64,000 nt of DNA from Promethearchaeota archaeon. GTDB taxonomy: Archaea; Asgardarchaeota; Lokiarchaeia; Sigyniarchaeales; SOKP01. Position 1 is the first letter of the stretch. Every line of letters begins with the position of its first letter. The position numbers and the translations under genes were made by a program. The notes beneath the pieces were generated by a model. That model made no database searches and was not told the origin of the DNA. It saw only the letters and a program-made list of their open reading frames with translations. The stretch covers positions 1 through 64,000 of the forward strand of contig JBHLPW010000001.1 of assembly GCA_048939015.1 (NCBI GenBank), written 5' to 3'. Below, one piece after another: positions 39,182 through 50,700 of this stretch.

Positions 39182-39925
39182 TTGATGAAATTAAAAACAT
39201 CCTTTTTAAGCTTTATTTTAGTTTTCTTTTTGATTTTTTCCTGCATATTAAGCCCAGCTTTCGCTGTTTTTACTCTAGGTGATTCCTGCCTTCCCGTAGA
39301 TGAGGAAGGTTTCATCGAATATGATTTTGATAAATATACTGCTCCGGAACCATTAAGACTCAAAGTTGATTTTGTAGATTTATATAAAATGTACGAACCA
39401 GTTGAAGCTTTGGGAGTTAACATAACCGTGAGTGAGCTCAATTCAACTACTAATAATTATGAAATATCAATTGTTGATTCTATAAAATATCAAAATCATG
39501 TATTTTTAGCTTATAATAAAACACTTCAATTTTTTGTATATAATCAATGTATGAATAACCTTCTAATAAACGGCTATGGAGGTTATTTTATTATTCCGAA
39601 TGACCCTGTAGATGTAAATATTGTAAAAGTATTCATTGAGGGTTATACCATTTGGTCCGCGAGCGTTAATAACTACTCAGTAACTATTGATATTGCTAAT
39701 GATCAAGTTATTCTGACTTATAATCAAAAAGGAATATTGATAAAAGAAGAAGTTAAAAGCAATAATGTCACAATTTCAACTTTAACATTTATATCATATG
39801 CAGTAAATCAAAAAGACGATATCGGAGAGTTAGACGTCATCTTATTATTATCAATAATTACTCTAATATCAATAGCTTCGGTACTAATTAATAAAAATTC
39901 TATAAAAAAGATGGAATTCTCATAG
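39182..39925 (+). CDS. Secreted surface protein with C-terminal TM anchor
   Basis: Signal peptide ending SPAFA, N-x-S/T sequons, C-terminal hydrophobic helix with basic tail. Confidence 0.7.
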   Translation: MMKLKTSFLSFILVFFLIFSCILSPAFAVFTLGDSCLPVDEEGFIEYDFDKYTAPEPLRLKVDFVDLYKMYEPVEALGVNITVSELNSTTNNYEISIVDSIKYQNHVFLAYNKTLQFFVYNQCMNNLLINGYGGYFIIPNDPVDVNIVKVFIEGYTIWSASVNNYSVTIDIANDQVILTYNQKGILIKEEVKSNNVTISTLTFISYAVNQKDDIGELDVILLLSIITLISIASVLINKNSIKKMEFS

Positions 39926-40039
39926 CAGATATTTTTATTTTCTATATATCTAGAATAAATAATAAATCGCATTTAGTGCCTTAAGTGGTTTAAGTAAAAA
40001 AAAAATGTTTATTTTATTATTCTTTCGAGCTATCCTTAA

Positions 40040-40723
40040 TTACGTTTGTTCAATCTTCAAGTTTTTAAAGCTTCCTATCGCTAAACTTATACACCATAAA
40101 TAAAGTACGATTTTTTGCAATGTAACTTGGATAATTAAACCCTCAGGTGTTTGGTTACTCGGTCCTAAAAGGACAACAACCATAAAAACAACTAATGCAA
40201 TCGCAAAAATAATAAAGGGTAGAGCATATTTTTTTGGATATTTATCATTCAAATAAAGGATTATTGAATATAATATGCAAGGTAATAATGCCCAAAGAAA
40301 AGCACTTGCTGCAAAAAGGTTATGTTCATCAAAATAAAGATCTTGTGGAGTAAAAACAACGCCTATTAATGAAATAGCAGAAACCGCTGCGAAAATTAAT
40401 CCAATAAGACTTAGTTTTTTTTCTAATTTATTTTCTTTAAAAAGGAAAACTGCATTAATGAAAAAAAGTAGATATGAAAGAGCAAAAATTGATAAGGTTA
40501 TAGAAAATAACACAAACGAGATAAGATTATTTTCACCAGAATATGCAATTGTATTTCCTAAATCACTAAAATAATTAGAAAAGAAAGAATATCCAGAAAT
40601 ATTTGGATCAATGTACGTCCCTCCAGGATAAAATAACATTGCAATGAAAGTAATAATTATGAACTGTAAAGATCCAAATAAACTTATACGAGAAAGCCAT
40701 TCTATTCTGCTCTCCAACTTCAT
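40040..40723 (-). CDS. DUF998/Frag1-like membrane protein (~6 TM)
   Basis: AMLFYPGG...GYSFFSNYFSDLG, GVVFTPQD...H pattern. Confidence 0.7.
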   Translation of the reverse strand: MKLESRIEWLSRISLFGSLQFIIITFIAMLFYPGGTYIDPNISGYSFFSNYFSDLGNTIAYSGENNLISFVLFSITLSIFALSYLLFFINAVFLFKENKLEKKLSLIGLIFAAVSAISLIGVVFTPQDLYFDEHNLFAASAFLWALLPCILYSIILYLNDKYPKKYALPFIIFAIALVVFMVVVLLGPSNQTPEGLIIQVTLQKIVLYLWCISLAIGSFKNLKIEQT

Positions 40724-40890
40724 ATGAATTTCACCTAGTTTTAAAAAAATATTTTATTTCCTAAAAAGTATAAAATCGTAATCATTATGAATTTTTAAAT
40801 ATTTCTTAATTTTAGCAATAAAGTAAAAGAACAAAAATAAATATAACCACAGATTTTCTATTTATCTTAAACCGTGTAATATCTAATTTT

Positions 40891-41664
40891 TTATTCTTTT
40901 CTTATCTGGTTCTCAACAAGAGAGAGGACTTTTGGAAGAACATCACCAATTTTTTCATGAATTACTACTTCTGCTAATGAATCCATATCAGTTTTTTGAA
41001 TATTTATAATCGCTAATTTTGCTCCAATTGACAGAGCTTTCTGAGGATAAAATGCAACTGGATAAACTACAAGAGAAGAACCAAGAACTAACAGCATATC
41101 ACATTCTGCAATCATATTATCTGCTGCTTCGAGCGTTTTTGACTCAAGTGCTTCTCCAAAAAATATAGCATTTGGTTTTAACATCCCTCGACATTTATCA
41201 CAGGAGGGAGAATAATTCCCTTTCATAACTTGATTTACCATAAATGTAATTTCGTAAACTTGTCCACATGTCATGCATTTTGCTTCATATGCATTCCCAT
41301 GAAATTCTACAATGTTTTTTGTCCTTGCTTTGTGATGTAACCTATCTATATTCTGGGTAAGAACTCCTTTTAGCTTTCCAAGTTTCTGAAGTTTCGTTAG
41401 TGCTTTATGGCCTCTATTGGGCCTTGCTTTAAAAATATTCCTTCCTGTTTCAAGCATGAATTCTAAATTTTTACCTGTATTAGCTACATATGAATGAATT
41501 GATGCGAATTCATAGGGATCCACTTTTTCCCATAAACCAGTTCCGGGTGTTCGAAAATCTGCAATCCCACTTTCGGTTGACATTCCCGCTCCTGTTAATG
41601 CTACTATATTTTTGGAGTCAATGATTAATTCTGCAAATTTCTCAATTTTTTCCCCTAATGACAT
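40891..41664 (-). CDS. cobB: NAD-dependent protein deacylase, Sir2 family
   Basis: TGAGMSTESGIADFR, TQNIDRLH, EFHGN, CxxC...CxxC zinc site, GSSLVVYP. Confidence 0.95.
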   Translation of the reverse strand: MSLGEKIEKFAELIIDSKNIVALTGAGMSTESGIADFRTPGTGLWEKVDPYEFASIHSYVANTGKNLEFMLETGRNIFKARPNRGHKALTKLQKLGKLKGVLTQNIDRLHHKARTKNIVEFHGNAYEAKCMTCGQVYEITFMVNQVMKGNYSPSCDKCRGMLKPNAIFFGEALESKTLEAADNMIAECDMLLVLGSSLVVYPVAFYPQKALSIGAKLAIINIQKTDMDSLAEVVIHEKIGDVLPKVLSLVENQIRKE

Positions 41665-41758
41665 AATTTATCCTTTGTTCGAAGTGTATAAACTGAATAT
41701 AATTAATATTCGAATTATTTTATAAAATATTTTATTGCCTTATGATTTTATTGTATTA

Positions 41759-42580
41759 ATGCTTGTTGAAGAATTTAAACAAATTAAGTATGAAAAAGAA
41801 GAAAATGGAATTGTAACAGTTACTTTAAACTGGGCAGAAAAAAAGAATGCTCTCTCTCCATTAGGCCTTTTGGAACTCTGGTATGCTGTAGATCATGCTG
41901 AAAAGGATAAGCAAATCAAAGTTATGATATTAACAGGTTGTGAAGAAGCAGGAGCGTTTTCTTCAGGAGGTTACTTTTCAGTAGAGATGTTGAAAGAAAT
42001 ACCTGAAAAGTATAGATCCGAGATCAATTTAAGAGATATGGCATCAAAAAGGTTATGTCTTAAGTTTTGGGATTTTTCTAAACCAGTGATATCTGTAATT
42101 AATGGATTTGCTGTGGGAGGAGGTTTTACACTTCCTGTAATTTGTTCAGATTTAGTTTATATGGCTGAAGACGCATGGTGGGCATTATTTTTTGTGAAAA
42201 GAGCGGTAATGCCTGATTTTGCCACTACTGTTCTTTTACCATTCATGATAGGAATGCATAAAGCAAAAGAGTTGTTTTACTTTGGTGATCGTATGACTTC
42301 TCACGATGCAGAAAGATTAGGTCTAGTCAATAAGGTGCTTCCTAAAGAAAAATTAATGAAATATGCACGAGATCAAGCTTTAAGACTTATTCCTCCCAAA
42401 GGACCATCATTATCAATTAAATTGATGAAAAAAACAATGCATACATATTTTAGGGAAATTATAGAATCACAATTAGATTTAGAAAATAAAATGTGGACCA
42501 AAGCGATTCAAAGTAAAGATTTTGGAGAGTCCCTAAAAGCTTTGAAGGAAAAAAGAGATCCAACTTTTATTGGAAGATAG
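41759..42580 (+). CDS. Enoyl-CoA hydratase/isomerase (crotonase) family protein
   Basis: KKNAL, AFSSGG, KPVISVINGFAVGGG, AERLGLVN, EKRDPTF. ATG at 41759 preferred over TTG at 41735. Confidence 0.9.
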   Translation: MLVEEFKQIKYEKEENGIVTVTLNWAEKKNALSPLGLLELWYAVDHAEKDKQIKVMILTGCEEAGAFSSGGYFSVEMLKEIPEKYRSEINLRDMASKRLCLKFWDFSKPVISVINGFAVGGGFTLPVICSDLVYMAEDAWWALFFVKRAVMPDFATTVLLPFMIGMHKAKELFYFGDRMTSHDAERLGLVNKVLPKEKLMKYARDQALRLIPPKGPSLSIKLMKKTMHTYFREIIESQLDLENKMWTKAIQSKDFGESLKALKEKRDPTFIGR

Positions 42581-42813
42581 TTCAAGATGATCTTCTAATA
42601 CGGATCTTAACTAATTTTTTGATGGTTTTCCTTAAAAAATCATTAAAGAAAAAGATTAATAACGATTATTTTTATTTATTGAATATATTATATTAATATT
42701 AAAAACACTCAAATATACAACTTTCATTATTTAATTAAATAGTAAAAAATTAAATTAATGGACTTGGACTAAGATTGAGTTGATCTACTTAACCAAAATG
42801 GTGATTCGGAGAG

Positions 42814-43359
42814 ATTAGTACTAGATCTTTCATTTATAAGGTGGTTGTGGTAGGCGATGGTGGTGTAGGAAAAACATCTATGGTTCTCCGCTACTGTGAG
42901 AATACCTTTAAAGAAAACTATATTATGACTATTGGTTCTAATTTCTCCACCAAGCAAGTTGATTTAGATGAATACCCAAACTTTTTGATTAAGCTCCAGT
43001 TATGGGATTTAGCAGGCCAGAAACATTTCAGTTTTGTTCGTCCACCATTTTATAGGGGAGCAACAGCCATTGTGTATGTCTTTGACCTTACGCGGAGGAG
43101 TTCTTTTCAGAACATACTAAATTGGAAAGCTGAAGTGGAAAAAGTAATTGGTGATGGAAAGCCAAGTATTTTAGTAGGAAATAAAATAGATTTAGCAGAA
43201 CAGGGACAAAGAGAAGTAGGAGAAGGGGATGGAGAAGCATTAAAAGAAGAATTAAATGCTATAAAATATTATGAAACAAGTGCTAAGAAAGATCTTAGAG
43301 TATCTCCAGTCTTCCAAGACATTACACGGGCTATCCTAGAGAAGAGTCAAAAGATCTAA
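42814..43359 (+). CDS. Rab-like small GTPase (eukaryotic signature protein)
   Basis: G1 GDGGVGKT, G2 TIGSNF, G3 WDLAGQ, FYRGA, G4 GNKID, G5 ETSAK. The in-frame extension ISTRSFIYK precedes the track start; SD GGTGAT at 42800-42805 fits ATT at 42814. Confidence 0.93.
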   Translation: MSTRSFIYKVVVVGDGGVGKTSMVLRYCENTFKENYIMTIGSNFSTKQVDLDEYPNFLIKLQLWDLAGQKHFSFVRPPFYRGATAIVYVFDLTRRSSFQNILNWKAEVEKVIGDGKPSILVGNKIDLAEQGQREVGEGDGEALKEELNAIKYYETSAKKDLRVSPVFQDITRAILEKSQKI

Positions 43360-43440
43360 CTTTTTATTATACATAAACCATAAATTAAAATTTAGTTGTA
43401 AATTTTAGAAGTATAAATCAAATAATATTAGGTAATTTAA

Positions 43441-44160
43441 ATGTTTGGAGCAGGACAAAGAGCTTACGATCGTGCACTTACTGTTTTTAGTCCAGAAGGA
43501 CGTTTATTTCAAGTAGAATATGCCTTAGAGGCTGTAAGAAGGGGAACACTTGCTGTAGCTGTTAAATCTAAAGAAGATGTGTGCCTTGCAGCTCAGATTA
43601 AAGTAGCATCTACATTGATGGATGCAGATTCAATTGACAAGATTTTTCAAATAGACGAGCATATAGGAGTGGCAATTTCAGGATTGCATGCGGATGCACG
43701 AGCACTGATAAATCATTCAAGAGTTCAAGCACAGTCATTTAGACTAACATATGACGAGCCTGTCCGTCTGAGTATGCTAACAAAAGCAATAGCAGATTTG
43801 AAACAGCAATATACGCAGTTTGGAGGTGTTCGACCATGGGGATGTGCACTTTTTTTCATCGGAATTGATGCTAGTGGAACACAAATTTATACTACATCTC
43901 CAAGTGGTATTTATCGTTCCTTTAAGGCATATGCTATTGGAACAGGAGAGGCATCTGCTAGAGAATATCTTACAGAACACTATAAAGAGGATATGACTTT
44001 CGAAGAATTGATTAATATGGCGTTAAATTCACTTAAAGAATCAATAGATGAAGATGTAACAAAAGAAAATGTTCGACTAGCATATATTAAAGGTGAAACT
44101 AAAGAGTTTCATATGTGTAATAAACAAGAAGTAGAAGAATTCCTAGCAAAATTAACATAA
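43441..44160 (+). CDS. psmA: 20S proteasome alpha subunit
   Basis: YDRALTVFSPEGRLFQVEYALEAV, KIFQIDEHIG, SGLHADAR, YTQFGGVRPWG, AIGTG. Confidence 0.96.
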   Translation: MFGAGQRAYDRALTVFSPEGRLFQVEYALEAVRRGTLAVAVKSKEDVCLAAQIKVASTLMDADSIDKIFQIDEHIGVAISGLHADARALINHSRVQAQSFRLTYDEPVRLSMLTKAIADLKQQYTQFGGVRPWGCALFFIGIDASGTQIYTTSPSGIYRSFKAYAIGTGEASAREYLTEHYKEDMTFEELINMALNSLKESIDEDVTKENVRLAYIKGETKEFHMCNKQEVEEFLAKLT

Positions 44161-44267
44161 TTCTATTTTTAACATCTTCATAAAAGGTTTTATTTTCTCA
44201 ATCTATATTATAGATATTAATATTACATCTAGAATTTTACTTAAAAACAAAAAGATAGTCGATTTTT

Positions 44268-44660
44268 ATGGCTAAGAAGAAGATTAGAGAAGAGTTTGAT
44301 AAACTTTTTAAGAAAGGAGATGAAAAAGCTATAAAGAAAATGTTAGATAAGAATCCCTGGCTTCTTAATGAAGTTTCAAATACTATGGATGCTGGTATGT
44401 TAGAACAGAATCAAGTAATAGCAGCATTAGGTGTAATGGAGGATGAACTTGGAGGACCTGTACCAATTGATGAAATTGTATTTAGCTTAAGAGTTGATTT
44501 TAATATTCGGAAAAGTGAAGATGAGATACATAGAATTTTAACTAGCAGTGAAGATCTTAATCTAGTTAAAAGAGAGGCTAATGGGTGGAGTTTAACTAGT
44601 GAAGGAGGGAGATTATGTGATGACTATCTTAACAAAAATTTGGGAAAGTTTGAATTATGA
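44268..44660 (+). CDS. Hypothetical protein with C-terminal winged-helix domain
   Basis: VPIDEIVFSL...SEDEIHRIL...LNLVKREANGWSLTSEG wing pattern. Confidence 0.7.
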   Translation: MAKKKIREEFDKLFKKGDEKAIKKMLDKNPWLLNEVSNTMDAGMLEQNQVIAALGVMEDELGGPVPIDEIVFSLRVDFNIRKSEDEIHRILTSSEDLNLVKREANGWSLTSEGGRLCDDYLNKNLGKFEL

Positions 44661-44772
44661 TTAATTAAATATTTATTTTGGCTTAATGATTTTTAAATTA
44701 AACTAACTAATTATTTTGAGATTTTTTGTTTATTAAGTTCATTCTAAATTCTTCTAAAAATAGTTGAGATAT

Positions 44773-47700
44773 ATGGAAGAGAAAAAAGAGGAAGAATTCG
44801 ACGACGAATTCGATGAGAACGGATTTGATCCTACAAAAGAGGCATTTTTTTCTGATATGATGGAAATGGAAGAAGAAATCGCTTCTGAAGCTTATGAATT
44901 GGTTGAACATGCTATTAATTTGATTCAATCTCAATATTATGATGATGGGATTGAAATTTTACGGCAAGCCATTGGGTTATATAGGCAAATCAATAGAGAA
45001 GAGGAAATTAATGCAATTAATGATAAAATATCAGAAATTTACATTCTCAAGGAACAGTCCTTCCGAGAAATAGAAACTAAACCTATAAGCGAAGGGGAGG
45101 TTATTGAGGAAGCTAAATTGATCGAGGAACATGAAGAGATTGATGAGTTGGAAGTTATTGAAGAAGCTGAGATTGTTGAAGATATTGAGACTGAAGCTAA
45201 AATGATTAGTGAAGCAGATAAGCTAATAGTTGAAGCTCATCAATTAACTAATTCTGGTCAGTTTGAAGATGCTCTTAATAAGTATGATGAAGCTGAAAAA
45301 ATTCTTGAGAAATTAAATAAATCAGAAGAAGTTGATAGATTATTTGTATTGATTGAAGAATGTTATAGTAGAAAGGCTGAATATTTACGTGGTGTTAAGA
45401 AAGAAGAAATAGAAGCGGATATGGAATTAGAGGTATCACTAAGCATAGAACAGAAAAAGGAACAAAAATTGGAACAATTTATGGAGGCTAAAAAGAGAGA
45501 AGAGGAAATTTCAACTGAGGCATACGAAATTTTAGATCAAGCAGTAGAAAAAGCTAAAATGTACGAGTATGATCAAGCTATAGAATTATATACAAAAGGA
45601 ATAAGTTTATTTGAGGAACTGAAATGGACATATGAGGTTAACAGAATTCAAGACACTGTTGAACAATTAGAAAAAGAAAAGATTAATCATCTTAAAGCTG
45701 TTGAGAAAGAAAGAATAGAGAGTCAGCAAAAAATTGAAGTTGAATTACAACAAGAGGAAATCATTGATCAGCATGCAAAAGAGATAGGTGAGCAGGAAAA
45801 ACTTGCACAAATGGAAAGGCTGAAAGGAATAGAATTTCAAAAAATGGAACAAGAATTCTTTAAGGCACAAATTGATAATATGGCAACAGAAGCAGTTAGG
45901 ATGGCACGTGAATATGAACTTGATATGCAGAAAGCGATTAAAGAGGGAAAATTAGTAGAGGAATGTATATATCCTAAAGTAATTGAGATTTATAAAAAAA
46001 TAAAAGATTTATTAATTGATAAAGGTTGGAATAAGGAAGCAGCTATTTATGATGATACAATTGATGTTTATATACAAAAATTCGAGAATGATAAAAAAAT
46101 AAGGCAAATTGAGGCAGAGAAAGCTAAAAAGCAAAAAGAGACTGAGGAATTATTAAAAGCCAAGGAACAAGAAGTAGAAGTTCGAATTAGTGAAGAACAA
46201 CAACAAATTCTAGAAAAACAACGTCAAAAAACAATAGAGATTGAGAATATTCGAAATGAAATTGATGAAATGACTAAAAAAGCTGAAAGAATTGCGAGAG
46301 AGTATGAAGTAGCATTAAGAAAGGGCAAATTTGAGCTGAAATGTCCTTATCCTAAAATTATAAGCATTTATGAAAGAGCTCAGCAAATGTCATTAGACAG
46401 AGGGTGGGAGACAGACGTTAAAATCTTTGCAAATCAGATTTATAATTATAAACAAAAGTTTGAGAAAGATAATCGATTAAGACAAGTAGAAGCTGAAAAA
46501 GCAAGAAAAAAAGAAGAGATTGAAGAAACATTAAAAGTGAGAAAAGAAGAAACTCATGTAGGACTAGATGTAGAAAAGTTAAAGCTTCTTGAAGAGCAAA
46601 AAAGATTAGAAGAAGAAAAAGAAGATTTTGATTCTACAATCGATATAATGGTAAATCGAGCTGAAAAAATGGTTCGAGAATATAATTCTGAAATGAAAAA
46701 AGCCATAAAAAAAGGTACATTAGCAGAAAACCCTCCTTTTTTGAAAATTATAGGAATATATGAAAGAGTTAAAAGAATGGTACTTGAAAGAGGGCGTGAA
46801 GAAGAAGCTAAAGCATATAGCACTCAGATTAATTTTTATACTCAAAAATTAGAACAGGATAATAAATTACGAGAAGTAGAGGCTAAAAAGGCACAGAGAG
46901 AAAAAGCACTCGAAGAAATGCATAAGATTGGTAAACAAATTGGTGTAGATGAGGATAAGTTAAGTGCAATAGAAAAAAAGAAAGAATTAGAAGATTTTGA
47001 AAAATATATTGATGAAAGTATAAATAGAGCCGAAAAATTGGTTCGAGATTATGAAATGGCTTTGAGAAAAGCTTTTAAGGATGGAGAAGTAATAAGAAGT
47101 ACTCCATATCCTGATGCTATTGAAATTTATAAAGAACTTCGAGAAAAAGTATATGCAAGAGGATGGAAAGATCAAGCTGAAGTGTATGCTAATCAGATTA
47201 AAATTTATCAAGAGAAATTAGATAAGCATGAGAAATTACTAGAAGTTGAGGCTCAAAAAGCTCAAAGAGAAAAAGAAATTGAAGCAATGCATAAGGTCGA
47301 GGGACAAGTTGAAGTTGATCATAAAAAACTAGAAATTATTGAAAGAGAAAGAGAGGAAAAAGAATTCCAGGAATATATTGCTGAAGAAATCAAGAAAGCA
47401 GGAAAACTTGAAAGAGAATTTGATTTAACTATGAAAAAAGCTATAAAAAAAGGAGAAATAATGGAACAAACACCTTATCCTGAAATAATTGAACTTTATA
47501 AAATATTACGAGAAAAAGTGTATGTAAGAGGATGGAGAGATCAAGCTGAAGTATATGCTAATCAGATTAAAATCTATCAAGAGAAGTTAGAGAAGCATGA
47601 GAGATTACTAGAAGTTGAGGCTCAAAAAGCCCAAAGAGAAAGAGACATTGAAGAGATGCATAAATCCGCAAAAGAAGTCGAAGTGGACCAGGAAAAACTA

Positions 47701-50700
47701 GTAAGTGTTGATATTAAGAAAGAAGAAAAAGAATTTCAGAAATTTATAACGGGAGAAGTAAATAAAGCAGAGAAACTTGAAAGAGAATTCGATTCAGTTA
47801 TGAAAAAAGCTATTAAAAAAGGCGAAATTTTAGAACAAACGCCCTATCTTGAAATAATAAACATATATAAAGAAATACGAGAAAAAGTGTATGCAAGAGG
47901 ATGGAGAGATCAAGCTGAAGTATATGCTAATCAGATTAAAATTTATCAAGAGAAGTTAGAGAAACATGAGAAATTACTAGAAGTTGAGGCTCAAAAAGCC
48001 CAAAAAGAAAGAGATATTGAAGAGATGCATAAGTTAGCAAAGGATATTCATGTAGATCAAAAGAAAATGGCTGTTCTTGACAAGAAAAAAGAGGAAAAAG
48101 ATTTTCAAGGTTATATAACAGGAGAAGTAAATAAAGCAGAGAAACTTGAAAGAGAATTCGATTCAGTTATGAAAAAAGCTATTAAAAAAGGCGAAATTTT
48201 AGAACAAACGCCCTATCTTGAAATAATAAACATATATAAAGAAATACGAGAAAAAGTGTATGCAAGAGGATGGAGAGATCAAGCTGAAGTATATGCTAAT
48301 CAGATTAAAATCTATCAAGAGAAGTTAGAGAAGCATGAGAGATTACTAGAAGTTGAGGCTCAAAAAGCCCAAAGAGAAAGAGACATTGAAGAGATGCATA
48401 AATCCGCAAAAGAAGTCGAAGTGGACCAGGAAAAACTAGTAAGTGTTGATATTAAGAAAGAAGAAAAAGAATTTCAGAAATTTATAACAGGAGAAGTAAA
48501 TAAAGCAGAGAAACTTGAAAGAGAATTCGATTCAGTTATGAAAAAAGCTATTAAAAAGGGGGAAGTTCTAGAACAAACGCCCTATCTTGAAATAATAAAC
48601 ATATATAAAGAAATACGAGAAAAAGTGTATGCAAGAGGATGGAAAGATCAAGCTGAAGTATATGCTAATCAGATTAAAATCTATCAAGAGAAGTTAGAGA
48701 AGCATGAGAGATTACTAGAAGTTGAGGCTCAAAAAGCCCAAAGAGAAAAAGAATTAGAAGAATTACAAAAAGCTGGAAGAAAAGAAGTCAAACCCTTTAA
48801 ACCTGAGAAATTAGAGGAACTTAAAGCTGAAAAAGAAGAGGATATATTAGTAGATAAAGCAATGAATCTCATTGATGAGGCAGAAAAGGATGTAAAGAGT
48901 TATGAATTAAGCATGAAGAAAGATATTTTAGCATATTCCAGTCCTTATGAGCAAGCAATATCAAATTATGAAGAAGCTCGAGAATTATTCAAAAAAGTTG
49001 GTTGGAATGATGAAGCTAATCGTTTGATTAATACAATCAATTTCTATAAAGATAAAAAAGAAAAAGATGAGAAATTAAGAGAAATAGAGGAAGAAAAATT
49101 AAAGAAACCTGAGTTTGAAATGATAGCAACTCAATATGATGTTGATAAAGATTTTCAAGAAAGACAAAAAAGACTATTAGAAATTCAACAGAAAAAGAAG
49201 GAAAGTGATGATATTGCTGCAGGAATTTTTAATATGATTCAAGATGCTGAAAGAATGGCTCAGGAATATGAATTAAATATAAAAAGTGGGATTTTTAATT
49301 TCGAGGCACCATATGAAACGATTATTGAAATTTATCGAGAAGCAAGAAAAGAATTCGAAAAAATAGATTGGAAAGAAGAATCAGCTAAACTAATCGAAAC
49401 GATTAATTTTTACAAGGAAAAATTAGCAAACGATAATAAAATACGTGCCTTAGAAGCTGAAAAAGTTAAGAAACGAGAAGAAGAGTTAATGCTTCAACAA
49501 AAATTGCTTGAACAAGCAAGAGTTGAACAAGAACAAATATTAAAACAACGAAAAGAGACTTTACATTTGAAAGAAGAACGAATAGCTCAATTTGAAACAA
49601 AAAAAGATAAAGCATTTCGTTTAATGGATCAAGCTAAGCGTGAATTAAGACAAAATCAATTTGATAAAGCGATTGAAATTTATAAAGAAAGTGAAGAAAT
49701 ATTTTCAGAAATAGAATGGCAAGAAGGAATCAGGATGGTTCGTGATTCGATTACAATGATTATGAATAAGAAAAAAGCTTATGAACTTGAACAAGAAGCA
49801 CTCGAAAAGAAAAAAGTTGAAAAACTCCTTATTGAAGAAAAATTGGAAGAAAAGTTAGTTGAGGCTCAAATTATAAAAGAGCGACAACAAGAAGAGAAAA
49901 GAAAGGAATTACTTAAAATTCAGAGAGCAAAGGAGCAGGAAAGAGAAATATCTGAAGAAGCATATGGACTTTTAGAAGAAGGCACCCGATTAATGGATCG
50001 AGGTAAATTTATTGAAGCATACGAGAATTATATAGCTGCGCGAGAATTATTTCAACAAATATCTTGGCAAAGAGAAGTTTCACGGATAAATAATGACCTT
50101 TTATTCAAACTTAAGAAGGAACAAAAGCAGGCTGAGATTCTAAAAGAAATTAAAATAAAGAAAATTGAAGAAGAAAAAGAAATGACTTTATTAAAGCAAC
50201 AAGCTAAAATAGAACGTAAAGAACTTGAAAAAAGAAAGAAGGAAGAGAAACGTAAACTTGCTAAAGAAGAACTTGAAAAAAAAATATCTATAAAATTAAA
50301 TAGAGCAAAAAGATTAATTGAAGAGTTTAGATACAACGAGGGAGTTTTAATTCTGAGAGAAGAAATCCAAAGATTAACGAAATTAGATAAACTAGCTGAA
50401 ATCGAAATGATAAACGAGCAAATTAGTAATATTAAAACTGAAACCCAAATTCCATTAATAACATATGATACACCTTTTGATCTTTTTGAAAATAAGAACT
50501 TTGAATCTGCCTATAAAGCGTTGGATAGAGCTCTTGTATCAATAAACAATAACCGTTTGAAAAAATCTATTTCTGAATTAAATGAGGCAAAATTCAAACT
50601 TGAAGAACTTAAATTTGGACAAAATTTTATTAATTTAATTAATGAAAAATTAATTGAGTTCAAAACTGAGATAAGTAAGAGCCCAATTAAAGAAATACAT

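Noticed and set aside
42614-42650. Hairpin downstream of the crotonase gene
   Set aside because: AT-rich and imperfect; adequately explained as a terminator or chance.
46640-48750. CRISPR array or DGR template/variable repeat
   Set aside because: The repeats are in-frame 369-bp coding units without unique spacers; no cas or reverse transcriptase gene is present.
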